From Bugula neritina (taxonomy: Eukaryota > Animalia > Bryozoa), in contig OZ037766.1 of the NCBI GenBank assembly GCA_964035545.1, forward strand, positions 14,498,722 to 14,562,721: 64,000 nucleotides of DNA, written 5' to 3'. The notes beneath the pieces were generated by a model. It saw only the letters and a list, made by a program, of their open reading frames with translations, had not been told where the DNA came from and did no database searches. The first letter of the stretch is position 1. The number at the start of each line of letters is the position of its first letter. Below, piece by piece: positions 13,931 through 26,700 of this stretch. The position numbers and the translations under genes were made by a program.

Positions 13931-14408
13931 ATTACAAAACCAATTGGGTTTCCGTTTATTTAATATTTTTATTTATAATTATAATAAGGGAGCAGCCCGT
14001 TTTAAAAGGTGATTTGTAAATTTGGATTGAGTGCAGTTTGAATGTTGTGACTAGACAATCATTTTTAAAAAAGATAGCAAACCAACCTTGTAAATTGCTA
14101 CTTATGCTCTATGGGAATAATTTGTACCAATAATTGTTGCAAAATGTGCCCTGAATGAAACTATCTATAGAGGTAACTGAAATTTGTTATAGTTATCTGA
14201 TATTTCAATCTCTAGAAGTTGTGTAAATTGGTATAAGTGTATATTATACATCTAAAAATTGATACAAGGGCGCATATAAATGTAAATATTTGCTGCCAGT
14301 TCTATTTTCTTAAAAGAACTTAATTAAAAACAAGTCAACTTATTCTGATTTCAATGTTGTTTACCGTTAGATCTCTACTCTGATGATTTAATGAAAAATA
14401 TTTAAAAG

Positions 14409-15571
14409 ATGTCCTCCTCACAAATTACAACTAGAATTTCTCAACAAGTAGTTAAACCTTTGATATCTACAAGTAATGCAGAAGCAAAACGGAGGGTGCT
14501 AAAGCTTTATCGTGCGTGGTACCGACAAGCTCCTTTTGTTGGTAGGTGCAGATAATCATTCAATAATCTTAGTTGCAAATGAAATGTTGATTATTTTTTA
14601 AATAATTTCTTTTCTCAGTACCTGATGACTAATCTACTAAAAATTGTTGTTAGTTTTCAATGTTCAATAGCCGCGCTATACATTAATAAGTAAAAATATT
14701 ATTTTTACTTATAGAATTTGCTGTTGATATATTTATATTTTGTATTGATCAACTTATGTCAGCCTGCAATAACTACAAGAAATGCTGGAGGTTTAAGTTG
14801 AACAAATTTATGAATTTGTTTGCAAATAACTTCATCCTTGTTGCATGATGAAACTTGAATAAGCTGATGTAAATATTATTTGGAAGAAAATTACATTGTA
14901 TGTTATGTAAATATTTAGTGCTGGAGTATGATATTCCAATTGGAGAAAAAGAGGTGAGAGCTAAAGTCAGGGAGCAGTTTGAAAAGAACAAGCATGTTAC
15001 AGACATGCGTGTCATTGATATGTTGGTGTTAAAGGTAATTGAATTCTGTAAAGTTACAGCTATTCAATTTTTGAAATTGTTAGTACATACTACATAGGAC
15101 CTATTTACACTGCATTTTCCTTTAACTATACATAACATTTAGAAGCCATGTTTATACTCAAAGGTATATTTATTTGTAACTGTAGTTCACTTATATACGT
15201 TATAAATTATATATACAAAAACATTGGCATATCTGCAGACCTTTACTGGGCTATCAATGAAATTGCTTCAGTTTTGATTTGAAGTTTCAAAGTTTATGTT
15301 TTAATAAATTTTAATGGCTTCTTAATGTTTATTCTTGGTTTTAAAATTAACACAACCAATATTTTATACTTTTCTGCTTTCTTTTTTCTAATGAATACTT
15401 CTGCAGGTCAATATGCTAACACACATACTCTGCTTACAGGGACAGATGGAGTTGAAAGAGACTGCTAATATATGGAAGCAGAAGAATCACGTAATGAATT
15501 ACTTTAAAGAGACTGAAGTGAAAAAAACACACGATTTCTTGACAAACTTTTATGAAGGCCACCATGTTTAG
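14409..15571 (+). CDS. NDUFA6: NADH:ubiquinone oxidoreductase subunit A6 (LYRM6/B14), 3 exons
   Basis: Exons 14409-14541, 14919-15034 and 15440-15571 are GT-AG and in phase. Protein ...[88 protein letters not shown], carrying the LYR motif and NDUFA6 signature. Confidence 0.97.
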
Positions 15572-18500
15572 TAGTTTTAAAAAAACTAATAATATAATTC
15601 ATATATAATATTATTATAGTTTTCGTGATCTTTGTCTTTGAATATCTAGCCCTTTGCCATTAGGTTTACTATTATTATAGTAAGAACTTGTGCATACAAT
15701 ATATATAATATAAGACTGTGACATTAGTGAGTTTTTCAAGGAATTTTGTAGGGGCATGGGGATACTCTTTAAAAGTTAGCTCCTAAACAAAAATGTAATC
15801 TAGGGTAGGACCTGAAGTTTGACATGAGTATTATCTTAGTTTAATAAAAAACTATTTTGTGTAAAGTGCTCTTCATAGTCGGCCAATATTCTGATTCAAA
15901 TGGCCAGTAAGATCTTTGTTCATCTTCCTCACTCAGTACATTTGAAATACTAAACAAGTTTGATGAAAGATCAAAGCCAACAATTGTAAAGTTTTCAGAA
16001 CTATAACTTTAAAATAAGCTTTGGTAAAAATTAATTCAAGGCTAATGGTTAGCAATTCAACATTCTACTGTAAGTTTCATATGAATTATATAGTGATAAC
16101 AACTAAGACCTGAAAAAGTCAACAAGTGGGTTTTGATAAATATTTTATAGTAACATCACAATATGGACCAAAGGCAATATATTAGACAAGAATTGTTTTT
16201 CTTTTGGCACACTGTTGTATTAATTAAGGACAGAACACATGCTAAAGTCAAATTATTACTAAAGCAGCCATAACATTACCTAAACATATGTTGTTTCACA
16301 TAATGTATAGATCACCATTTCATACTTCCTTTACATTTAAGGAAAATATAGGTGATGTTGAGATTTTTTTACGTACATTATTCGATACATGCATAAAGCT
16401 TTAAAAGTGCATTCAAATAATAAATGAAACCTTAAAACAGTTTAAAAACTTACATTCAAACACAGTGCCCAATGTTGCCCACTAATTTCAAATCCCTACA
16501 AGTGGTATGGCCCTATTGCTTCTAAATATATATCAACAAACCATATTTCTTTTGACCAAGCATACTATACATACATGCCAATTCAAAGCATAAACTAACA
16601 GGCAATGTCTAAAATTGCACAGTACATTAGCCAAAATCACCACACTGCTTTGAAACATTTATACATGAAATTATATTATTAGTAGACAGTTATTACAGTC
16701 ATATGCAACAAACTTAAATTAAAAGCTAAGCTAAATGAGATCAGTGTCAAGGTCATGCAACCTTTAACATTCATGAGGCTTAAATGAGCATAAGCCATTC
16801 TCACTGCATATCATCCTTACTCAGATAGTTCATAATTATTATCTGTTACGTATATACTCCACAGTGTTTGTATATAAAACTAGAGCTTGAATATAATTAT
16901 ACTAAGAAATTAGTGATGAAATTACTATTATTGGGCCCTGAGATGTTATGAAGGAGTATAACTTGATCTAAAACAAATTTTTAAGAAATCTTTATATGGA
17001 TTTCTTTATTACCCTGCAGTGTTAATTTTTTTTTCCTGTGACATAATAAAAAACTAATCTAATCTGTTTAAATGTGTACAACATCAAATATATAACTCTA
17101 TACAGAAGTGAATTGGAAACTTTCATTTCTCCTATTAACATAATATCACCTTATATCAGCAAGATCGTGCTCTCTGCTATTTGGGAGCACAACTCTAATA
17201 GTTTGCAGAATCCAAATGAAGTCAACGAGATATTTCCAAGTGATTTATTTATCATAAGCGAAAAGATGGTTTCACTATGAATTCATTATTTATAGAAATA
17301 ATTATAATAACTAAAGCATTAAAATATTTACTAGCTCCCCCCCTTTGAGGGGGGAGCCAGTTTATACATTAAAGCATAGAATAAATAGTTAAATGCTGTA
17401 AGCGCTTATAATTATACTATGGAATCAAATAGCACATTTTTTGCAGAGTAGATACTTGACAGCATAGCATATAAAATACTACTAAAATGTAACGTTGTCA
17501 CCAATTGTATGAGTACTAAGAAAGTAGGACAGACTTATGAACCTCATTGTGATGCTCTGCTATTACCTGTTATGCTTGGTGCAAATAATCCATAAGCATG
17601 CACAAAAAGCAAATTTGGATTATATTAGTATGCAAAACATACTCAAAACTCGAAAACTATTAATACAAAGTATATATTTATAACGTACAAGAAAAAAGCT
17701 ACTACAACCTATGCATTATTTTATTACAATACAAGCACGCCACTATAAAACATAATTAAGGCTACTTGAAATTGAACACTATTATGTTGCTATAGTCCTA
17801 TCTAAGTGGAGGCTGGTGTATAAATAATAAATATTTTGGTGTATGGTCTAAATATATAAACTCTGCAAATGTGTGAACTGATGTTGGATATGCTCATAAA
17901 AAACCAAAATGTAAGAGAAATTTAGCATACTATTTGCTTTTTCTAATAGTGTTTGTGCTAACTTCTCTTAGCTTATTAAATTTGGCAAACTGTTGCTAGT
18001 TTTTCCTGATGTTAACAAAAGCTTTACATCATAATATTACATCAGTTTATAACCTTTTTTCATTCAAATGAGATTTCTTAGCTTACATATTTGCTAAGTT
18101 TCATTGTATCGCTTTTGCACTAATCTATCTATGCCTGTTGGCTGTTACTATTACATGCAAATTTTCAGATACCTGAAAGTGCTACATAACTCTTACTGGT
18201 TGTTCACTTCATTATTTATTTGTTGAGATAAAATTTTCTGTAAAAGGCTGAACACTCTGCTTGTAAATTATAGTATATTAAAATAATTAGCACATATTAC
18301 AGCGTGCATGTACAACAATTTCAGCAAAATGAATAGCTAGCATATCTAAAATTAATGTAGCTGCCTACACAGAGGTAGATTTAAAGTCAATGGCATTAGA
18401 ATTCGTTTTAGAAGTATTTCAAACGGTTCAGAAGGTTCAGAAGCATGCAAGCAATCCTATAAAAATAATGGTATTCTTGTTAAAAGTTTTTAGTTGGTGC

Positions 18501-18984
18501 ACTTTAACTGGTTAGTTCTGTTCAGAATGGTATATCCAAAGGGTTGTAATTTATATCCGAAAGGTAAATATAATCACTCTGGGTATATACATCATTACAT
18601 GCCGTTTAACAATTTGGTGCGAGCCAGTTGAGATTAACCAACGATATAAACAATGAACTCAATAATAATAAGCTCAGTGGATAGAAAGTTTGAGTTTTAA
18701 AATAAGATCGGGTGTAATAATCATGTGCCGATATCTTCGTTAAATACAGCAAAGAATCAAGCGTGCCGGCCAAAATAGTTTAACGTATCGTTTTTTCACT
18801 TTTATTATCTTACTTGCTGCGTGAAGCGATTAATTGACTAGTGACTGACGCAATTACATAACTGTTGAGGCTATTTTGTTGTCAGAGTGATGAATAAAAA
18901 ATATTCTCAACATAATACGTCTCCACTTTTAAACTCGTCAAATTACGCTTAATTTTAATTGTTAACGTGGTTTTTTGAACAGCA

Positions 18985-20050
18985 GCTCACTGACACTCCC
19001 GTCTCCACCATAACCATGGCCCACTCCTAGCCCATCACCCATGGCCCATGGGCCATGGGCCATGGGCCATAGGCATAGGCCAGGCATGGGCCATGGAATT
19101 GGATTTAATTTCATGAAATTCAATTTCTTTATCAGAGATCGTTCATGATGATGAAATCGAATTTCACAAAATTGGATGATAAATCATGATGATGATGAAC
19201 TCATAAATAATGATAATCATAATGGCCACTTCAGGTTCAAGTTCATGCCTCAGGCTCATGAGTCATAGTGATGGTTCTGATCACCATCACCATGACCACG
19301 GCCAAGTCTAACTTCAATATCAATATGAATATCACTATCAGTATGATTGTAATACTAATAATTATACTAACGTAGGACTAGACGTAGTGGTAGTCGTAGA
19401 CTAGATCAGTAGATGGTGATGGGTGATGGCTCATTGACTTTGTCTCGATCAGTATCACTATCAGTGATTGGCTTTGAGTTTGCCTGTTCAATTTGAGTTT
19501 CACATTATCATTATGATTATCAATATGTATATGAGACAGTATATGGATACTGAAGTTGATTGCATTTTACTGGTATTTGTAGACTAGGTTTGAGTTCAAC
19601 TTCATGATCATTATTTAGAATGTGTTATTTGAGTCTCATTTTCACTCTAACAATTTGAATAGCTAAACTTGTTAATATATTAATATAGTTAATTTTACAT
19701 TTATAATAGTGTTAATTGACTTAGCTGGATAGATTTTGTGAATCACTACTACTTTGGTATTATTATCAGCTGTATAGTATTGAAATTAATAAGGAATGCT
19801 TTCACTTATCTAATAACTTATGATCATAGCCATACTCATAGTGATAGATACCTTAATTTTGCCATCACTTAGTCACTATTATAATTATCATCAACATAAT
19901 ACTGACGTCACTAGTAATAATAATAGTATTTATGGTATTGAGTGATCAAATCTCAAACTCAGTATACAATATTAAAAGATATGATTTATATGACGTTTGC
20001 ATTTCCAATAAGCAAAGTTGAATAAGTAGTTGAAGTAAGAATAAGTAGTT
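18985..20050. repeat. Drifting period-6 tract upstream of the TIMM23 start exon
   Basis: catggg ccatgg gccatg ... atgatg ... agtatc actatc agtgat tggctt tgagtt. Lies between a CpG-richer segment (18600-18980) and the acceptor at 20264-20265. Confidence 0.85.
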
Positions 20051-20326
20051 TACATCTTATTTAACTTTGAGAATTAAATTAGGCTTGAATTTAAAAAATG
20101 GCAGTTGGAAGCATCAATTAAAATTAGCTAAATCACTAACTGTAGTATTATTAGAATTTATTCTGCAAATATTCAAATTAAAATAAGATGTTATCCTAAT
20201 AATCCTGTGCAGTATGTATTATTAAAATGTTATTTGAGTATATCTTATTTTATTAAAATTTTAGGTACCAAAATTTAAAGTCCATAGTCTGCAAAGTCGG
20301 CGTATCGTTTAGGAAGAACCTTTATA

Positions 20327-22838
20327 ATGGCATCTGGTGGAAGCAAGGCTGAAAGTTTAGGTAATAGATAATTTTACTGTGCAACACATTGATCCAGTTT
20401 TGGGCATTGGAGTGTTGCTGAATGACACATGTATGTTAAAATAGTGATAGGTTGAACTTCAGTTTGTTACAAACGATTAAAGCATTTGAAACTGATTTAG
20501 AACTAAATAAACGAAATCCCACTTTTTATAGAATACTGCTTCAAATTTACTTTCTTTTTAGATATCGCTGTCAAATCCCCAACTTTTAAACAAGTAATAA
20601 AGTCAATAAAATAATTGTGCTAAAATACAGAATCATACAATTATTTTTTCCACTATATACTACTATATAATACTGCTTTATAATCTAGGGGTAGCCGCAG
20701 GTCAAGCATCTGGTCTTGGTACTCCGTCCTATTCTTCTCCTTATCTCAATTTTGACCCAGCATATATTACTCAGGTGAGTTGAAATCTTCCTGTTCCATT
20801 TTATTCCTCATTTGCTGGTCAACGCACCTCCAATTTTGTAATATCTGCACTGTGGAATAAGTTGCCTAAATTTTTAAAAATTGTACAGCCACTTGGTAAA
20901 TTTAAAACAGAATTGAGGCATCACCTCCACTCTGTTGAGTGATCTGTGGTGCCTTGTATGGTTATGCCAACTTTGGGCCCGCGTACCACTAGCCATGCTA
21001 TTTCGCACTGGGCCCCATCATCACTTCCGAAAGCTTTATTTTTTATATACTGTTATTTGTTACTTTGTTTCTTTTCTAATTGTTTGTCTGCTCTTGTAAC
21101 TTATGCTAGTTGTAAAACACTATATTATGCTGAAAAACACACACACACCCATAGTTATTATAGCCTGTTAACAATACTTTTCTGTCAGTTGTATAGTTTT
21201 TAATAAATATCATTTATCAGTCAGTGTTCATATTGATAGTTTAGTTAACATAATAACTTCAGTCATTAAATTAAGCTTCATTATTCTAAAAATAAGTGTT
21301 TTTTTATTTATTCAATTGCAGAATGATTCAGACTACTTGTATCTAGAAGGTTCTACAGGTGATGCCGGGAGAGGTAGATTTGAGTTGATGTTCAACACAA
21401 TTGGTGGTTTCACAGCTGCAGGTGACTTTGTAAACTTTATATGTTATTTTAAATGTTTTTTTAACTGGATAATTGTAATATACAAATTATGATGAGCCCA
21501 CATTTTTGCTGTTTAAGCTACAGTGATGTGAAGATGTTTATTCTTTACAAGGTGGCATCATAGGAGGACTAAATGGAGCATATGCTGGCTTACAAGCAAC
21601 ACAATCTTTATCTGGATCTGCCCGCCGTACACAGTAGGTGTTCATTTATCTTTGTAAGGTTTCAGCTTTCTGTTTTCCCATAAGATTGGGATGTCAGAAT
21701 TTTTTATTTTTGTTGACGCTGTTCAATTTTCAAGTAGTGCATTTGATCAATAATGGTAATTTTATCAGCAATGAATATTTATTTTGTCGTCTCAACTAGT
21801 TTAAATTTTTATTCTAAAATACTCTGGATGCTTCATATTTCTGGTCAATCTATGTTATTGATGAGCTTTCTTCATAGTCTATTCTCATATCATAATTTTT
21901 TACTTGTAATAATATGTTATTGTTTTGTATTGTCTCTTTTTAGAATGATAAACTTTATAGCTAAAAGAGGTGCATCTTGGGGCCAAATGTGTGGAGTTGT
22001 CTCATTAATGTATTCAGGTAAATGCACTTAAAAAAACAGCTTCATTTAGTGAATACCAGCTATTACAGTGTGTTCTTTTAAGTTTGTTTTCATCTCACAG
22101 TGTGCTTGGTTGTATTCATGTTGTAATTTTATTTAAATCTTGAAATGTACCTCCGAGGTATTGTTGTGATTTAATGGAAAGCAAAATAAAAATATGTAGG
22201 CTATTCAATACAATTTGTAATGATTATGTAGTGATGGTGGATAACTGCATAAGATAATTTGAAATAAATGAGAGTGTTATATGTTTTATCTTTTCAATAG
22301 AGTTATTTTCTTTAACAGTTCAGCTGCTTCTAACCACTTTTTATGCACAGTTATTCTTATGCACAGGTATTGGTACGATTTTAACAAAATTACGTGGCCA
22401 TGATGACGAACTAAATACTGTAGCATCTGGCACTCTCACAGGACTACTGTTCAAGTCAACAGGTAGTGTAACCTAGATAATTCTCTATTTTTGATTTGTT
22501 TTTACTACCAAAAATATGTTTTTCAATGTAATTTATTGAAAGCTGTAGGTCGTATCTTTTGGTAGCCATATTTTTTCAAAATATAATAAAATATTCCAAT
22601 ATTTGATTAAAGTATTTATTATTTTACATACAACTTCTTTTACCAATAAAATGTTAATTTTACCTATAGATCTTCTGTTGTGAGTTTCCTACTGCTGATT
22701 GGCTTCAGAATAACTGTGTATGTTGTAGCTGGTGCCCGTGGATGTGCGAAAGGTGGTTTAGCAGGTCTCAGTGTAACTACAGCGTATATTCTGTTTACTA
22801 GTAAAGATAGAGTTAAATCTATGATCACAGGCCGGTAA
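20327..22838 (+). CDS. TIMM23: Mitochondrial import inner membrane translocase subunit Tim23, 7 coding exons
   Basis: Exons 20327-20360, 20689-20774, 21322-21421, 21552-21633, 21944-22017, 22367-22462 and 22729-22838 are in phase. Motifs SPYLNFDPAYI, GRGRFELMFNTIGG, RRTQMINFIAKRGASWG, RGHDDELNTVASGTLTGLLFKSTAG. Confidence 0.96.
20785..21150 (+). mobile_element. 3'-end fragment of a CR1/L2-group LINE in TIMM23 intron 2
   Basis: The frame reads LPVPFYSSFAGQRTSNFVISALWNKLPKFLKIVQPLGKFKTELRHHL*, the typical WN.LP...FK..L ORF2 C-terminus. It is followed by a GGGCCC...GGGCCC stem-loop candidate and a (CA)n tail. Confidence 0.75.
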
Positions 22839-23788
22839 CATTTACAAAGAGTGCACCTTCTCGGAAGTTAGTTTGTGCCAAAGGAGATGTTGATTAGATA
22901 ACTTATAAAAGTAAAAAGATTTTTTGTATAGAATGTTGTTTTGTTTGTATGCTTGCAAATTGTTATCCATATTTAATAATAAAAGTTTTAATTCATGCCA
23001 TAATTCAAACTGTTAGATGCTAGATTGTGCCTTTTTTGAGTGCAAGTCTGCAAATGACTAAAAATAATTTTGAAAAATTGTCTGAAATGCGCTCCAAATG
23101 GTTGGATTAGACGCCAATTAGTGTGTTGTATGTCAATCTAAGTCATTTAATTTAAAAAGTATGCTACTTTAAAATATAAGGCTGGTTCAAAAATGTAGTT
23201 CAAGTTATAATTTGGTTGAACTAAAAACAAGGATTGTTTCAAACATTGTAAATAAATTTGTTGTACTGCTTTTTAAATAAATTAACAAGGGAGCTGAAGA
23301 GGGTAGACTGACAAATATGCAACAATTAGTAGATGAAGTTATAAAATGATGTATGATCATAAATTAATGATACCACCATCAGTACCTAGAATTTTTTGGC
23401 AAATAATTATTTTTGACAAAACTGTTTGAGTGGACAGAGCTTGTTGCTCCTATAACGAACTAAGATGTATAAGAGTTATCCTTTCGCTTACAATCCCTTG
23501 TATAGCAGTTGACATTCCAAAAATACCGTAGATTATTCCGCTCTGGAATGATAAAGACCTAGCCGTCGATCAGTGTCGGGTCATTCAAACATTGGCTTTC
23601 GGTTTGAGTGTAATACTAGTAGCGTTGACAATAATAATAATATACAATTAAAACTTTGTAGTATCTTACAAGTCGATAAGTAATACTCTCTGTCAATGTT
23701 GAAAATATTTAAATTTGCTGACTGGTCGTCAAAACTAATTTTAACTTCAAGAGTATTGTAATAAATTACAATAACAATCACAATCACA

Positions 23789-26700
23789 ATGGCAGCAACT
23801 CGCAAGCTCAGAGGATTCTTGGATGGAAAAAATAATTATGATACAAACCAAGTAGGTGTATAAACTGTATTAACCTACGACCAGCCTCATTTGATACTCG
23901 CCTACCGTTAGATAATAACTTGAAATTACACTCTTACTCTTAGTATTACTATAGGTATAGGTTGTCAAGTTCAACTTAATGTAAAAATAAACGCGTTTTA
24001 TTTAAACCAAGAGTAAGACTAAGTCAAAGTGTAAGTGTAACGCTAGCACTAACACTAACAGCAACAGCAAGTGTAAGTCAAATTCAAAAGTCAAACTGTA
24101 AGTCTAAAATAGAGATTTAGTTTTACTTAATGATTTAGATAAACTAGAAAATATTTATATTCAACTTTATTTTTATATTTCAATTTTACTGAATTTATAT
24201 TGATAATATTAATTATAACATTATCATTATATATAATAATAATTAAAATTAATATTAATATTAAATTTGTTAAATTATAGACTTAATTTCAAATATGATC
24301 ATGATGATAATCGCAATGATTTAGTTTTGCTTATAATGACGAGAATAGCTTGAACTACTTTACAAGTACGAGTGGCAGGACGTTGATAATAATCTCATTG
24401 GTTATCACCAGTGTGACCCTGACTGCTGAACTTGCAGTTGATGTTCATGTTATCAATTCAAAATGAAAATTGATGCAAAGGGGATCATGCAACTTACAGT
24501 CAGTGCTGATACAATCAAAACTCATCGGTTGTCAATTTCAGAGATAGTTTCAGAGAGACTGAGTGTGGCTATAGCTACAAGACTATCATGAAGCAAAATC
24601 AAATTTTCATTATGATTGTGTAAGATTTCTTGGAGTTAATATGCATATGACTATACTTCAAGTTTAGCTTTTGACCCTAATCATAGATGGAGAAATTAAA
24701 TATCAGAGTCATCAGTCATATAGTCAGTTTAACTATATCTATAATATTAGTTATACTCACTTGTAGCAAGCATCTTAAAATTTGCACAAACTTTGTTGTA
24801 TTGTTTTACTGTAAGATGAAGTGTATTAACAAAATATTCACATCCTGCATTTTAAATAACATAAATTTAATAAAGAGTTGAGTAGGAAAGTTAAAGCTAT
24901 TTCATTCAGAATTGAGTAATTTCAATTTTTTTTCAGGTTACTAGTATTCAGAAGGCAGTAAACAAGGAGGAAAATCCCACAAAAATAAAGCATGTTAGGA
25001 GTATCCTTTGACATATCTTAATTTATTGCTTGTTATTTTAATAGTAAGAATAAGTGGCAAGTTTCACTCGAAAATTGAAGGTGTATTTAAAGAGTCTTAA
25101 TAGGTTAATTATTAATCAGTTCAATATTGTTTGATAAATTTATGTAACTGGGCTTCTTATATAATATTTTAATCCATAATGAATAGCCTTGGCTAATATG
25201 TTACATCCGCGTTTCCTTAGCTGAGTTCTTAGGTATTATTATATCTACACACCATGAGCAAGGCAGCAGCACATTCTGGTCTACAGTGTGTAAATTGCCT
25301 CTCCAGAGCTCTGGTCCACTATGCTGGAAATTTTGTCATGTTTTGCACAAAGTCATCCGAGAAGGTCATAATAACTGCATATTTGATTCGATGAGGTATT
25401 TGACATGGCTGGAAGATCTAAGTAAAGTCTGGGTAAGTGTTGAACTTGTACTAGTCTGTTGTTCAACTGGTTTTCCTGCTCCTTCAGTCTAACTTATCAC
25501 AAAATAATATCTAAGAAGTAGTTACACTTGTTGCCTCTCAAGTTCTCTTATGCAAGTTGAAGTGTCTTTGATGGTTGTGTGCTCTCATGATGTACTGATA
25601 CTAATCATAGTTCTGTGCTGCAGTCATCTATAATACCAATAGTTGTAATGTTGTTTACTAAAAAGCAATGGCATTTGTATAGTGCAGGTGAAGCATCAGA
25701 AAAATTCCATAATAATTATGTTACCAAGGATTTTTAGCAAAAGCATAGTATCCTTTTAATTTCGAAATTGCAAATTGAGAAAAAGTATCCTTCTTATAAG
25801 CATATGAGTAATTGTAATTGATAAGAGGTGCTACTGTATTAATACAGCTGATCTGTTATGGAGTACTGCTGTGTATAGAGTGATACTGGTAGCAGAGTCT
25901 CACTGCCATACTGATACAAGAATAGTGTATGCAGTGATACTGCTATGCTAAGTATAATTGCTATTGTAGAGTCACCTTCCTGAAAACTTTGGACCAGTTA
26001 ATGCCCATTACCTGAAGATGCTAACTAATAGACTTACATTTCATAAAAAGGTGATTTTCTTTTTTCTAGCATGTGGAAGATATCGTAACATTATTATAGA
26101 TTCTGATAAAGTTCTATTAGCTATTTTGTGTTTATATTGATTTCATTAAAATGATATTGCATTTTAATTGCATTGTAGCACATCAAGATACCTGGTAATC
26201 TAGAAATAAAAGACCAATTGTTAGCTGAGATTACTGGACATGAAGCAAATGGCTAGTAAGTAGGCCTATATTATAACATCCATATGAGTATAAATTGTTA
26301 TCTTATACTTTACATAAAGTTATTCTCCTTCATCACTATTTACAAATATTTAGATTTGACTTTAAGATCACCTAGATGTCAAGTAGAGTGAAGCATCATT
26401 AGACCACTGGTTAGTTACTGGTATAATGTAAGTTGTATCTAAATCGAATCGTAATACAAGAACTAGGAAAAAATACAGCTATAAATTTTGTTTATCTGTC
26501 ACTAAACACTGGATAATAATTGAGCAATTGTGTGCTGTCATATCGGCACTGCACTGTCTAGGCTTGAGGTTAAAGTACTACATGCTGTACTCAAGGCAGC
26601 ATCAGCAAGTGATAGTTCTGTTAGTATAATATAAAAGTTGTGTTGAGTAGCTGATATCTGTTCACAATACCCAGAAATAGTTGGTAGCATTGAGTGATGG

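Noticed and set aside
25679-25838. Tc1/pogo-like MITE (..GAGGTGCTACTGTA end)
   Set aside because: Only one end resembles a TIR; too degenerate to support.
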